Shown here: piece by piece, positions 1 to 10,338 of the stretch
Layout: each line of letters starts with the position of its first letter
How positions within the stretch are numbered: the stretch's first letter is position 1
Source of the DNA: an uncultured Clostridia bacterium
Lineage (GTDB): Bacteria > Bacillota > Clostridia > TANB77 > CAG-508
Length of the DNA stretch: 64,000 nucleotides
Direction of reading: 5' to 3'
NCBI GenBank assembly: GCA_947629765.1
Contig: CANREW010000001.1
Location: 29,442 to 93,441, forward strand
Position numbers and translations under genes: made by a program
Notes under the pieces: model-generated
Seen by the model: only the letters and a program-made list of their open reading frames with translations
Databases searched by the model: none
What the model was told of the DNA's origin: nothing

Positions 1-1130
1 AGCTCATTGTCACAAACAAAAGGAACATTTTTATCTTGAAACATAAGCTCTGATACTCTATATTTTGTAGGCTCATTTTCAAAAGTAATTGAATCACCTA
101 ATGCTAAAATATCATTTGAATTTAAAGTTACATATCCCTTAGAATTATTGTAACTTGCAACATTTCCAACATATATTCCCATATTATTTTGCTTTTCTTT
201 GAAAACAAAATCTGTATTTGCTTCTTTGTCAAGATGACCATAAGAGAAGTTACCTCTATTAAACACTTGTAATAAATCTTTTCTATCTTTTAAATCCACT
301 TCATAGGGTTTAGAAGATAGATATAAATCTATATATTTTCTATAAATTTTTGTGACAGTTGCAACATATTCAGGAGACTTTAACCTTCCTTCGATTTTAA
401 ATGAAGAAATACCTGCCTCTATTAAATATGGAATAAAATCTAATGTGCACAAATCACGAGGACTTAATAAATAACCGCTGTCAATTATTTTGTCATTTTT
501 AAGTAATTGATATGGAAGGCGACAAACCTGGGCACATTTCCCTCTGTTTGCAGAGCGAGCGCCAGTCATACTAGAAAATAAACATTGTCCAGAATAGCTT
601 ATACAAAGAGCACCATGTATAAAAGTTTCAATTTCAATATTTGAATTTCTGCAAATATATTCGATATCTGGAAGAGAAAGCTCTCTTGCAAGAACAACTC
701 TTTTAAAGCCTAAACGCTCGGCTGATTTTACACCTTCTAAATTGTGAATAGTCATTTGTGTACTAGCATGAATAGGAAGTTTAGGAAAAGAATTAATTAA
801 AGTTGTAGCAAGACCTAAATCTTGAACAATAATTGCATCAATACCGAACTCATAAGCTTTTTCAGCAAGAAAAATTGCATCAGAAAATTCACTGTTTTTA
901 ACTAAGGTATTAAGAGCTAGATGTACTTTAACATTTCTGATGTGTGCATAATTAATAACTTCTTTTAATTCGTCTAAGTCAAAGTTCTTAGCACTTGCAC
1001 GAGCATTAAAAGAAGAACTACCAACATATATGGCGTCTGCTCCATTTTGTACGGCAGCCTTTACCGATTCAAAATCTCCCGCTGGTGATAAAAGTTCGAC
1101 AGTATCTATATCCATAACCTCCGATCTCAT
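1..1130 (-). CDS. U32-family peptidase (collagenase PrtC-like), 3' end outside the window
   Basis: Reverse-strand translation gives MRSEVMDIDTVELLSPAGDFESVKAAVQNGADAIYVGSSSFNARA..., the typical peptidase U32 N-terminus. The ORF runs off the window start. Confidence 0.8.
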   Translation of the reverse strand, partial: MRSEVMDIDTVELLSPAGDFESVKAAVQNGADAIYVGSSSFNARASAKNFDLDELKEVINYAHIRNVKVHLALNTLVKNSEFSDAIFLAEKAYEFGIDAIIVQDLGLATTLINSFPKLPIHASTQMTIHNLEGVKSAERLGFKRVVLARELSLPDIEYICRNSNIEIETFIHGALCISYSGQCLFSSMTGARSANRGKCAQVCRLPYQLLKNDKIIDSGYLLSPRDLCTLDFIPYLIEAGISSFKIEGRLKSPEYVATVTKIYRKYIDLYLSSKPYEVDLKDRKDLLQVFNRGNFSYGHLDKEANTDFVFKEKQNNMGIYVGNVASYNNSKGYVTLNSNDILALGDSITFENEPTKYRVSELMFQDKNVPFVCDNE

Positions 1131-1266
1131 TTTTTTTCATAACTATTGTATCACAAATTGAAGTTTTTTCATAGTATATTGTAGAAACTTTTGAAAGAGA
1201 ATTTAAAATATTCTCTATAAAAGATTAAGATAAGCTAAACCTGATATGAAAGGGAGGTAACTTAAA

Positions 1267-1428
1267 TGCCAGAAGAACAAAGAATGGGTATGGATCAAAG
1301 AAGTTGTGGCTGTAATAATGGAGGAATACTAGGAAACTTATGTGGAGGCTGCGGAGGAAACAGCGAGATACTATTTTTCTTAATAGTATTTTTACTATTA
1401 TTTACAAACTTTGGATGCTGCAATAACT
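1267..1428 (+). CDS. small Gly/Cys-rich hydrophobic peptide (53 aa), YjcZ-like sporulation-protein style
   Basis: GGGAGG RBS 8 nt upstream of the ATG. Translation is MPEEQRMGMDQRSCGCNNGGILGNLCGGCGGNSEILFFLIVFLLFTNFGCCNN: Gly/Cys-rich, then a hydrophobic segment. A rho-independent terminator hairpin (aaagggcttaa...ttaagctctttttt) follows. Confidence 0.45.
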
Positions 1429-1575
1429 AATACTTAAAAAGGGCTTAAGATTAAATTAAGCTCTTTTTTATTGGTGTTGTCTATATGTTTATTGCAAAAT
1501 TATGTAAAATATGCTAAAATAATATTTAATAGAGCAAATGCTCTAAATTATTTTTTTGACAGGAGGACAACGGGC

Positions 1576-2274
1576 TTGAAAGACAACATTGTGTTACATA
1601 TTGGTGGAAAGGAGATGACCTTTTCGGAGAAAGAACTCGCAATGGCAGTAGAATACTATTTTGCCAAAGAGTATGGAACTTCTCCTGCAAGCAATATCCC
1701 TGGGTATAGAAAACCAATGCTTATACCTGCATCTCCAATCGAAGGCAAGTGGTTTAGGGTAAATCCTATGTGTATCGATCGGAAACTCTTTGAAAAAGAA
1801 AGAGAAGATGGTCTTCAGGAGAGACTGAGGAAATTAATCCTTCAGGTATTAAAATCAGTAGACGAAAAACCCAATATTTGTGCGCATCCTTTTGAAATAT
1901 TGATTCCAAGCGAGAAACAACTGCCAAGTTTAATGTGGGCAGAAACCGAGAAAAAAACTATTAGTGAGTTTAATCAGCTTCTCAAAAACTATAACAGTTC
2001 GTATAGCTGGGCAGCTACCACGGAACAGTTTCTTGTTTGGGCACAACAAATTCAAAATGGTGAAACATGGGAAGACTTATGCAATAATCCAGATACTCTG
2101 GCCCGCCATAGACTCATTACAGATAAGGACAAAGAAAAACTGTATACTATCGGAGGGGCATCAACTGGTGAAAAAGTAAACTCTGCTATTTATTCTTTTA
2201 GGAGTACGTGTATTCCAGGATTTAAGATTTCTGGAGCAGTACCCATGATTGTGAGGAGACCTACCAACAAGTAA
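1576..2274 (+). CDS. hypothetical protein in a GC-rich (~42%) island, likely horizontally acquired
   Basis: AGGAGG RBS followed by a TTG start, then a long ORF (...IVLHIGGKEMTFSEKELAMAVEYYFAKEYG...). GC content and codon usage are atypical for this window, including an in-frame CGG (gat cgg aaa). No family recognised. Confidence 0.45.
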   Translation: MKDNIVLHIGGKEMTFSEKELAMAVEYYFAKEYGTSPASNIPGYRKPMLIPASPIEGKWFRVNPMCIDRKLFEKEREDGLQERLRKLILQVLKSVDEKPNICAHPFEILIPSEKQLPSLMWAETEKKTISEFNQLLKNYNSSYSWAATTEQFLVWAQQIQNGETWEDLCNNPDTLARHRLITDKDKEKLYTIGGASTGEKVNSAIYSFRSTCIPGFKISGAVPMIVRRPTNK

Positions 2275-2340
2275 ACAAGTAGCGAAAAAGGAAGAAAGCT
2301 AATATTTTAGCTATCTTCCTTTTTATTATAAATATAAAAT

Positions 2341-2476
2341 AGCAATAATATTTATTTTTCAAGAGGCTTGTCGTTTGCAGCCTACAAATTTTTAATTTTA
2401 ATGTAGGCTGCAAAAATCGCCCTTCGCTACGCTTCGGTTGATCGCTACGCGCCTCTTTTTAATAAATATTATTGCT
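2341..2476 (+). repeat. structured intergenic repeat, family A, copy 1 (nested hairpins)
   Basis: Near-identical to 5570..5708. Nested inverted repeats: aagaggc/gcctctt, tttgcagcctaca/tgtaggctgcaaa, and an outer stem aatatttattt/aaataaatatt extended by copy-specific complementary bases. Confidence 0.7.
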
Positions 2477-2580
2477 ATTTTAGAAGAATAACTATAATGC
2501 ATTTTATTCAAAAATACTTGAAAAAAATATATACTATGATATATAATAATTGCATAATATAAAGAAAGGATTTGTACTTT

Positions 2581-3303
2581 ATGACACCTCATAATGAAGC
2601 GAATATTGGGGATATTGCAGATACTGTATTAATGTCTGGTGATCCTCTTAGAGTTAAATATATTGCAGAGAATTTTTTGGAAGATTTTAAACTTGTAAAT
2701 ACCATTCGTGGTATGTATTGTTATACTGGTATATATAAAAACAAAAGAATATCAGTAATGGCTCATGGCATAGGAATTCCAAGTATGGGTATATATTCTT
2801 ATGAGTTATTTCATATATATGGTGTAAATACAATTATAAGAATGGGATCTTGTGGAGCTTTATCAGATAAGCTAGAACTATTTGATATAGTACTTGTAGA
2901 AAATGCATATACAGAAAGTAATTATGCTTTTAGCTTTGATAATAAGCCTTGTAATTTAGTACAAGCAGATAGAAAAATAAACAATATAATAGAAGAAACC
3001 TCAAAGCAAAAAGGTATACCTTGCAAAAAAGGAAATGTATTATGTAGTGATTGCTTTGATCCATACCTTCCTGATAAAGATGCAATAGTAAACCGTACAC
3101 CAAAAGACTTAAACTTAATCGCATCTGAAATGGAATCTTTTGCATTATTTTACAATGCAAAAAGAGAAAATAAAAAAGCAGTATGTATACTTACAGTTTC
3201 AGATGTACCAAAATCTAAAAAAGCAATAAGTGCCAAAGAAAGACAAAATTCAATGGATAATATGATAAAGATAGCATTAGATACAGCGATTAAAGTAAAA
3301 TAA
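2581..3303 (+). CDS. deoD: purine nucleoside phosphorylase, DeoD-type
   Basis: MTPHNEANIGDIADTVLMSGDPLRVKYIAENFLEDFKLVNTIRGMYCYTGIYKNKRISVMAHGIGIPSMGIYSYEL: PNP/UDP family, DeoD hallmark. RBS AAAGGA upstream of ATG 2581. Confidence 0.85.
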   Translation: MTPHNEANIGDIADTVLMSGDPLRVKYIAENFLEDFKLVNTIRGMYCYTGIYKNKRISVMAHGIGIPSMGIYSYELFHIYGVNTIIRMGSCGALSDKLELFDIVLVENAYTESNYAFSFDNKPCNLVQADRKINNIIEETSKQKGIPCKKGNVLCSDCFDPYLPDKDAIVNRTPKDLNLIASEMESFALFYNAKRENKKAVCILTVSDVPKSKKAISAKERQNSMDNMIKIALDTAIKVK

Positions 3304-3326
3304 TAAATATGAAGGGAGATATAACA

Positions 3327-4251
3327 ATGAAAGAAACATTAATTTTTGGACATAAAAGTCCTGACACAGATTCAATAACATCAAGTATAGTAATGACAAA
3401 TTTAGAAAAACATTTAGGAGGAGAAAATCCAAAAGCATGTAGACTTGGAAAATTAAATAAAGAAACAGAGTTTGCATTAAATTATTTTAAAGTAGATGCA
3501 CCAGAGCTTATAGAAAGCATAGAAGAAGGAACAGATGTAATATTAGTAGATCATAACAATTTTTCAGAAAGTGTTGATGGTATAGAAAAAGCTAATATTT
3601 TAAAAGTTGTAGACCATCATTGCATAGCAAATTTTGAAACTTCATCACAACTATTCTATTTATCAGAACCTGTACGGATGTACAGAAACAATTCTTTTTG
3701 AATTATATAAGATGAACAAAGTTGAAATAGAACCAAAAATAGCAGGAATTATGCTTAGTGCGATTATATCTGACACATTACTATTTAAATCACCTACTTG
3801 CACAAGTAAAGACAAAAAAGCAGCAGAAGAACTTGCTAAAATTGCAAATGTTGATATCCAAAGTTATGGTATGGAGATGCTAAAAGCAGGAACAGATCTA
3901 AGTGAATTTACACCAGAAGAATTAATAAGACTAGATTCAAAGGAAGGTCAAGCAGGAAGTGCAAAATTACAAGTTGCACAAGTAAATACAGCTAGTATAG
4001 AAGATGTATTAAAGGATAAAACTAATATCGAAAATGCAATTAGATCTTTTATAGATGAAAATTCGATAGATATATTTGTATTTGTAATTACAGATATAAT
4101 TAATAGCAATTCTCAAGCTATTGTTTTAGGCAAAAGACAAGATATATTCGAGAAAGCATTTAATACTAAACTAGAAGATAACATGGCATTTTTACCAGGA
4201 GTTGTTTCAAGGAAAAAACAAATCCTTCCAGTTCTTAAAGAAAATGGATAG
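3327..4251 (+). pseudogene. ppaC: manganese-dependent inorganic pyrophosphatase (DHH family), interrupted by a 1-nt C insertion near 3675
   Basis: Two overlapping ORFs (3309..3701 and 3634..4251) carry the N- and C-halves of PpaC. In ...cct gta C gga tgt aca..., removing the C gives EPVGCTETILFELYK, the conserved PpaC sequence. Confidence 0.8.
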
Positions 4252-4265
4252 AAAGGAAAAAATAT

Positions 4266-5558
4266 ATGTCAAATATAAAAGTTAATTTAGATAATGCAGG
4301 TATAAGTTTAGACGAAATATTAGAATATAAAGAGGAAGTTCAGGAGATTGACAAAATTTTACGCAAGAATCCAAATGATATAAATAATTTTTTAGGATGG
4401 ATTGAACTTCCAACAAATTATGACAAGGATGAATTTGAAAGAATAAAAGAAGCTGCAAGAAGAGTACAGACAAATTCAGAAGTTTTTGTTTGTATAGGAA
4501 TAGGAGGCTCATATTTAGGGGCAAGAGCTGTAATTGATGCTTTAACAAATACATTTTACAATTATAAAAAAAGAGAAACTCCACAAATATTATTTGCAGG
4601 AAATAATATAAGCCCAACATATATTAATGATATGATAGAGCTTATAGGAGATAGAGATTTTTCTGTAAATGTAATTTCAAAATCAGGAACTACAACTGAA
4701 CCTGCAATTGCGTTTAGAGTTTTTAGAGAGATACTTGAAAATAAATATGGAATAGAAGAGGCAAGAAAGAGAATATTAGTTACAACAGATAAGGAAAAAG
4801 GAGCATTAAAAGAGCTTGCGGATGAGGAAGGTTATGAAACTTTTATTGTTCCAGATAATATTGGTGGAAGATATTCAGTTTTAACTGCTGTTGGGCTTTT
4901 ACCTATTGCAGTTGCTGGAATAAATATAGATGAACTAATGCAAGGTGCAAAATATGCTCAAGACAAATATGCAGATAGCAATTTAAAATATAACGAATGC
5001 TATCAATATGCAGTTTTAAGAAATTTATTATATAGAACAAAAAAAGATATAGAAATTTTGGTAAATTATGAACCTAAATTACATTATTTTACTGAGTGGT
5101 GGAAGCAACTTTTTGGAGAAAGTGAAGGAAAAAACGGAAAAGGAATCTTCCCAGCAGGAGTAGATTTCACAACAGATTTACATTCTATGGGACAATATAT
5201 CCAAGATGGAAGAAGAAATCTTTTTGAAACAGTTATAAATATTGTAAATACTAAATCAGATGTTATGCTAAAAGAGGAAGAAGATAACTTAGATGGATTA
5301 AATTATTTAGCTGGAAAAACTATGGATTTTGTAAATAAAAAAGCTATGGAAGGAACAATTGAAGCACACGTTACAGGAAGAGTTCCAAACATTCTAATAA
5401 ATATCGAAGAATTAGACGAAAAAACAATTGGGCATTTAATATATTTCTTTGAACTTGCTTGTGCAATGTCTGGAAATATACTTGGAGTTAATCCATTTAA
5501 TCAGCCAGGAGTAGAGGAATATAAAAAGAATATGTTTAGACTTCTTGGAAAACCATAA
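4266..5558 (+). CDS. pgi: glucose-6-phosphate isomerase
   Basis: 430 aa with the [17 protein letters not shown] motif and full-length PGI similarity. Confidence 0.9.
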   Translation: MSNIKVNLDNAGISLDEILEYKEEVQEIDKILRKNPNDINNFLGWIELPTNYDKDEFERIKEAARRVQTNSEVFVCIGIGGSYLGARAVIDALTNTFYNYKKRETPQILFAGNNISPTYINDMIELIGDRDFSVNVISKSGTTTEPAIAFRVFREILENKYGIEEARKRILVTTDKEKGALKELADEEGYETFIVPDNIGGRYSVLTAVGLLPIAVAGINIDELMQGAKYAQDKYADSNLKYNECYQYAVLRNLLYRTKKDIEILVNYEPKLHYFTEWWKQLFGESEGKNGKGIFPAGVDFTTDLHSMGQYIQDGRRNLFETVINIVNTKSDVMLKEEEDNLDGLNYLAGKTMDFVNKKAMEGTIEAHVTGRVPNILINIEELDEKTIGHLIYFFELACAMSGNILGVNPFNQPGVEEYKKNMFRLLGKP

Positions 5559-5569
5559 AAACTTTTAAC

Positions 5570-5708
5570 AACACTAATATTTATTTTTCAAGAGGTTTGT
5601 TGTTTGCAGCCTACAAATTTAATTCATTTTAAAGTAGGCTGCAAAAGTCGCCCTTCGTTTCACTACGGTTGGTCGCTACGCACCTCTTTTAAATAAATAT
5701 TAGTGTTG
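5570..5708 (+). repeat. structured intergenic repeat, family A, copy 2
   Basis: Same nested-hairpin element as 2341..2476, immediately after the pgi stop. The outer stem (aacactaatatttattt/aaataaatattagtgtt) differs from copy 1 but stays self-complementary. Confidence 0.7.
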
Positions 5709-5850
5709 CTAATCTATAAAGACATTAATAAGTATCAAAAAAGACTAGAAATTGGAGTCCTAGTCTTTTAAGTTATAAATTTGAACAACTTTTTGACGTC
5801 ATAATAATTATAACATCATTTTTATTATATGTCAAATTTTTAAATATATT

Positions 5851-6072
5851 TTAAAGTGTTACATTTGGAAAATTATTACTTATATGTCTACTTACATTTC
5901 TTACACTTATTCCTGTATCTAATGATATAGAATCTAAGGAATAATTTGAATTTTGTTCAAAATAATTTTGCAAATTTGCAATATCTAATTTATCCTTTGG
6001 CATGCAGTTTTGACAAACATCTCCTTCAGTAACAAAGAAACATCCACATCTTTCACATTTTTTAAATTCCAT
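5851..6072 (-). CDS. small zinc-ribbon protein (73 aa)
   Basis: GGAGGA RBS 9 nt upstream of the ATG. Translation MEFKKCERCGCFFVTEGDVCQNCMPKDKL... has a CxxC...CxxC pattern. The longer 136-aa ORF in the track adds an AT-rich hydrophobic N-terminal extension judged spurious. Confidence 0.5.
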   Translation of the reverse strand: MEFKKCERCGCFFVTEGDVCQNCMPKDKLDIANLQNYFEQNSNYSLDSISLDTGISVRNVSRHISNNFPNVTL

Positions 6073-6240
6073 AATAATTTCATCCTCCACATAATATGAC
6101 ATTATTTTATCATAAATGGACAAAAAATTAAATAGTTTTTTAAAAAAAGACAAAATTTTCAAAAAAAATTTTTTTATATAATATATATTTTCAAAAAAAA
6201 GGCAAATAATATAATAGATAAAAAATAGGAGGTAATAAAA

Positions 6241-6426
6241 ATGGATAATGACAATAATCAAAAAATAAATTGTACAGTTAATAGCTGTAAATTTAATAAT
6301 TGTGAAAATGATGAATGTACTTTACATCAAATAACAGTTGAGCCAATAGACGATTGCGATACTTGCACACCTGATGAGTCTATGTGTGGAAGTTATGAAT
6401 ATGGAGACGAGGACGAAGACGAATAG
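6241..6426 (+). CDS. DUF1540-like cysteine-rich small protein
   Basis: AGGAGG RBS. Translation MDNDNNQKINCTVNSCKFNNCENDECTLHQITVEPIDDCDTCTPDESMCG has the CxVxxCxxNxC pattern with an acidic tail. Confidence 0.5.
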   Translation: MDNDNNQKINCTVNSCKFNNCENDECTLHQITVEPIDDCDTCTPDESMCGSYEYGDEDEDE

Positions 6427-6480
6427 TTAATCTCATCTTTGAAAATAATCGTTACAATTTACTATTTATTCTATAAAAAT

Positions 6481-6607
6481 TCGCCAAATCTCATCGGGGA
6501 TTTTATATTTATTATAAATTGAACCCACGCGGGAAACGCCTATGAAGTTTTTCGGGGGTCTTCAATTTCTTCTAAATATAAAACCCCTGCGTTTGGCTCT
6601 TTTAAAC
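6481..6607 (+). repeat. structured intergenic repeat, family B, copy 1 (about 125 nt)
   Basis: Three copies: 6481, 11218, 13565. Terminal inverted repeat cgccaaa...tttggc; internal ggggttttatat/atataaaccccc. This copy sits inside the loop of a flanking hairpin (aatcgttacaa...ttgtaacgatt) between convergent genes. Confidence 0.75.
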
Positions 6608-6643
6608 TAGTGATTTACAGTAACTTGTAACGATTTATAATTA

Positions 6644-7514
6644 TTATTTTAAAACAATTTCTTTTTTATTTAGATAATTTAAAATACCACTATCTGTTTT
6701 AAAATTGAAAACTAATTTATATGCGATAAGTTCCTGAGTTTTACAATTAAATTTTTTATTTATCTCATTAATTCCATATTTTCCGATCACCAATTATTGG
6801 ATGACCAATATGTGCTAAATGTGCTCTTATTTGATGTGTACGACCGGTATGGAGAATAACTTCTAAAATACTATAATTTTCTTTTTTATTTTCCTCTAAA
6901 ACAGTATATTCTGTTACAATAGGTCTATAACCTTTTTTAGATTCGTCACTAATATATGCCATAGATTTTTTGCTATCTTTAAAAAGATAAGCATTTAATA
7001 TTTGATGTTTTTGTTTAAATATGCCAACAACTTTGCATTTATAGTATTTTGTAATTTCAGAGGTTTTAAATTTTTCTAATAAAATATTAAGTACTTTTTC
7101 AGATTTTGCAAAAAGCACAAGTCCTTCTGTATTTCTATCCAACCTATGACAAGGCTTTAGATACGTGTTAGGATATTTTTTTAAAAACATTTCAGTTAAA
7201 GAATTTTCGCCAGTAACCTCTATATTTTTTGGCTTATTTACCACCAAAATGTTTTCATCTTCATAAATAGTGTCACAAGAAATTTCTTCACCTAAAAGAT
7301 ATTTATCTATAATATATACTTTTATATTATCTCCAGTATGAACTGTAATATTACCAGTTATTTTTATATCGTTCATTCTAATGTCCTTTTTCCTTAAAGC
7401 TTTAAAAAAAGTATTTTGTGTAAGGTTAGGAAATTCATTAAAAAGAAATGAACTTAATTTTTTATTATCAAATTTTTCATTTATAACTAAATTTTTCATA
7501 CTATTATTATACAA
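6644..7514 (-). pseudogene. RluA-family pseudouridine synthase, interrupted by a 1-nt C insertion near 6785
   Basis: ...HTGRTHQIRAHLAHIGHPIIGD then R-K-I-W-N-stop as written. Removing the C in gat C gga aaa gives HPIIGDGKYGINEINKKFNCKTQELIAYKLVF..., a canonical RluA C-terminus. Confidence 0.75.
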
Positions 7515-7645
7515 AAATTTACAAAAAAGAGCAATAGAGATGAAATTAAAATATTTTAAATATTTTAAAAATATTGTAGACTTTTACCAAAAAATAGGAT
7601 AAAATAATTTAAGAGAAAATAGATAAAAGATAAGGAGGAAGAGTT

Positions 7646-8858
7646 ATGCTTGTAGAAAAAATTATATTCAGTATTCTAGCATTTTATCTATTTATAGCAA
7701 TGTTTTTTAAAATGATTAAAAAAATAGATTCTGCATATATAGCAATACTAGTGCTCCAAGCTTTAGGAATAACAATTAGTTTTGTAGAAATCATATTTAG
7801 ATTAAATTATAATATTTTTGTAAAAATACTAGTATATATATTATCAATAGTTATTCCAATAATAATTATGTATATAGAGCATAAAGGGAAAAATTTTTCA
7901 GAATTTATATTTATAGCATTAGCAAAATTTTATGCATTTATGCGGAAATACTAAGAAGAGCAAAGATATATTATTATCACTTATAGAAAAATATCCAGAT
8001 AGTTATTCAGCACACAGAATGCTTGGAGAGGTATATGAAAAAGAAGGCGGAATGAGAAAAGCTATTGACGAATATGTAAAAGCTGTTGATTTAAATAAAA
8101 AGGACTATGATTCATATTATAAAATATCATATTTGCTAAATGAACTAAATAAGCCTGATGATGCGATTGTTATGCTAAATACACTCCTTAGTAAAAAACC
8201 AGAATATAGAAATGCAACAATGTTACTTGGAGATATTTTGTGCACACAAGAAAGATATAAAGAAGCATTAAACGTATATACAAATGGGCTTAAATATGCA
8301 CCAAATGATTATGATTTATATTATAATATGGGTATAGTATATACAATGTTAAATGATTTTCAAAATGCAAAGGTTTGCTATGAAAAAGCAGCGACTATAA
8401 ATAGTTTGCTTTATCATGCATATTACAGTTTAGGACAAATTAATTTAATTGAAATGGATTTGGAGGAAGCAGAAAAATATTTTACAAAAGCATTAGAAGA
8501 TAAGGATCAAGAACCAGATGCATATTATAAACTTGGAAAAATATATATGTTAAGAGGTGATCACGATAATGCAGTTAAGTTTGTAAATCTTGCAATTGAG
8601 CTTGATAATAACTATATAAAAATTGCAAATCAAGAGCCAATATTTATCCCAGTTAAAAGCAAATTCCAGATGCCAGTTATTGATGAAGAAGATATAAAAC
8701 CAAGGAAAACGAAACATAGCAAAAAAGAGCTAAAAGCAAAAGAACATCTAGATAAAACCTATAACATTGTTGGAAAATTAAATATGCATAAATTAAAACC
8801 AAGTATGAAAGCATATGAAGATTTGCAAAACGAAAATGAAAATCAAAAGGAAAGATAG
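7646..8858 (+). CDS. membrane-anchored TPR-repeat protein (as written: 102-aa 3-TM ORF 7646..7954 plus overlapping 308-aa TPR ORF 7932..8858)
   Basis: TPR repeats (AHRMLGEVYEKEGGMRKAIDEY..., YYNMGIVYTMLNDFQNAKVCYEKA...). No RBS before the ATG at 7932. Removing the C in atg C gga aat (near 7943) fuses the two ORFs in frame. Confidence 0.5.
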
Positions 8859-8869
8859 GAGAGATTAAA

Positions 8870-9676
8870 ATGTCAATTTTACAAGCACTTATTTTAGGAA
8901 TTGTACAAGGATTAACAGAATTATTACCAATTTCTAGTTCAGCACACCTTTACATAATACCATGGGTACTAGGCTGGACTAATTCTGCAACATTCAATGA
9001 AGCATTTGAGGCATTTGATGTTGCACTTCACGCAGGAACTTTACTTGCAATAGTTTTATTCTTCTTTAAAGATTGGATAAAATTAATTGTAGGAGGATAC
9101 AAACAAGTTGTAAAAAAGGAAAAAACTTTTGAAGGAAAAATGTTCTGGTATTTAGTAATAGCAACTATTCCAGGAGGAGCAATAGGATTTTTATTAGATA
9201 AATTTTTAGAAGATGCATTAACAACGCCAATCATTATAGGTATTGCACTAATTGTAATGGGAATTATTTTATATGTTGTTGATAAATACTCAAAGTCAGA
9301 AGTAGAATATAAAGATATGACATTTAAACAAACATTTTTGATAGGACTATCTCAAGCATTAGCATTTATTCCTGGTGTATCACGTTCAGGAGTAACAATG
9401 ACAACTGGTAGATTACTTGGAATCAAGAGAGAATCTGTCGCAAAATATTCATTTTTACTTTCAACACCAATTGTTGCTGGAGCAACTTTATATAAACTTA
9501 AAGATTTTGTTGTAAGTGTTCCATTTTTCGTAGGAATCTTAGCAAGCTTTGTTGTAGGAGTACTTGTAATTAAATTTTTAATGAATTACTTAAAGAAAGG
9601 TAGCTTTAAAGGTTTTGCAATATATAGAGTAATTGTTGGTATAGCTATTATCTTATTATGGATAATAAGGTTGTAA
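8870..9676 (+). CDS. uppP: undecaprenyl-diphosphate phosphatase
   Basis: MSILQALILGIVQGLTELLPISSSAHL...: BacA/UppP family. Confidence 0.9.
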   Translation: MSILQALILGIVQGLTELLPISSSAHLYIIPWVLGWTNSATFNEAFEAFDVALHAGTLLAIVLFFFKDWIKLIVGGYKQVVKKEKTFEGKMFWYLVIATIPGGAIGFLLDKFLEDALTTPIIIGIALIVMGIILYVVDKYSKSEVEYKDMTFKQTFLIGLSQALAFIPGVSRSGVTMTTGRLLGIKRESVAKYSFLLSTPIVAGATLYKLKDFVVSVPFFVGILASFVVGVLVIKFLMNYLKKGSFKGFAIYRVIVGIAIILLWIIRL

Positions 9677-9696
9677 TAAAAGAAGGGAGAAAAGAT

Positions 9697-10323
9697 ATGG
9701 AACCAATCAAATTAAATCATCCATTAATTGAACACAAATTAGCAATATTAAGGGATAAGAGAACAGGAACAAAAGAATTTAGAGAATTAATTTCAGAAAT
9801 AACATTATTCTTATGTTATGAGGCAATGAAAGATGCAAAATTAAGAGAGGTAGAAATAGAAACCCCTATAACAAAAACAAAAGCAAAAATGTTAGATGAA
9901 AATGATTATGTATTTGTACCAATATTAAGAGCAGGAACAGGAATGATAGACGGAATTGTAAAAATGATACCAAATGCAAAAATTGGACATATTGGACTTT
10001 ATAGAAATGAAGAAACATTAAAACCTGTTAGATATTATTATAAAATGCCAAAGGGAATAGAAAATAAACAAGTAATAATTATAGACCCAATGCTTGCAAC
10101 AGGTGGATCTGGAATAGATGCTATAACTTTACTTAAAGAAGACGGAGTTAAAAACTTAAAATTTTTAAGCATTATTGCAGCACCTGAGGGATTAAAGAAA
10201 ATGCAAGAAGTACATCCAGATGTTCAAATTTATTGTGCTACAATAGATGAACATTTAAATGATGTAGGTTACATAGTTCCAGGACTAGGAGATGCAGGAG
10301 ACAGAATATTTGGAACAAAATAG
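9697..10323 (+). CDS. upp: uracil phosphoribosyltransferase
   Basis: MEPIKLNHPLIEHKLAILRDKRTGTKEFRELISEI... and ...IIDPMLATGGS: Upp hallmark. GGGAGA RBS before ATG 9697. Confidence 0.9.
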   Translation: MEPIKLNHPLIEHKLAILRDKRTGTKEFRELISEITLFLCYEAMKDAKLREVEIETPITKTKAKMLDENDYVFVPILRAGTGMIDGIVKMIPNAKIGHIGLYRNEETLKPVRYYYKMPKGIENKQVIIIDPMLATGGSGIDAITLLKEDGVKNLKFLSIIAAPEGLKKMQEVHPDVQIYCATIDEHLNDVGYIVPGLGDAGDRIFGTK

Positions 10324-10338
10324 AAGGAGGACAAAGGC

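Noticed and set aside
1108-1130. tccgat near the U32 peptidase start as a minus-strand insertion site
   Set aside because: Removing the base gives immediate stops. The site is a natural tcg-gag (S-E) pair, or it lies upstream of the true start (MDIDTVELL).
5851-6261. 136-aa minus-strand ORF with a long hydrophobic N-terminus
   Set aside because: The N-terminal 63 codons are translated from AT-rich intergenic DNA with no RBS. The RBS-supported start gives a 73-aa zinc-ribbon protein.
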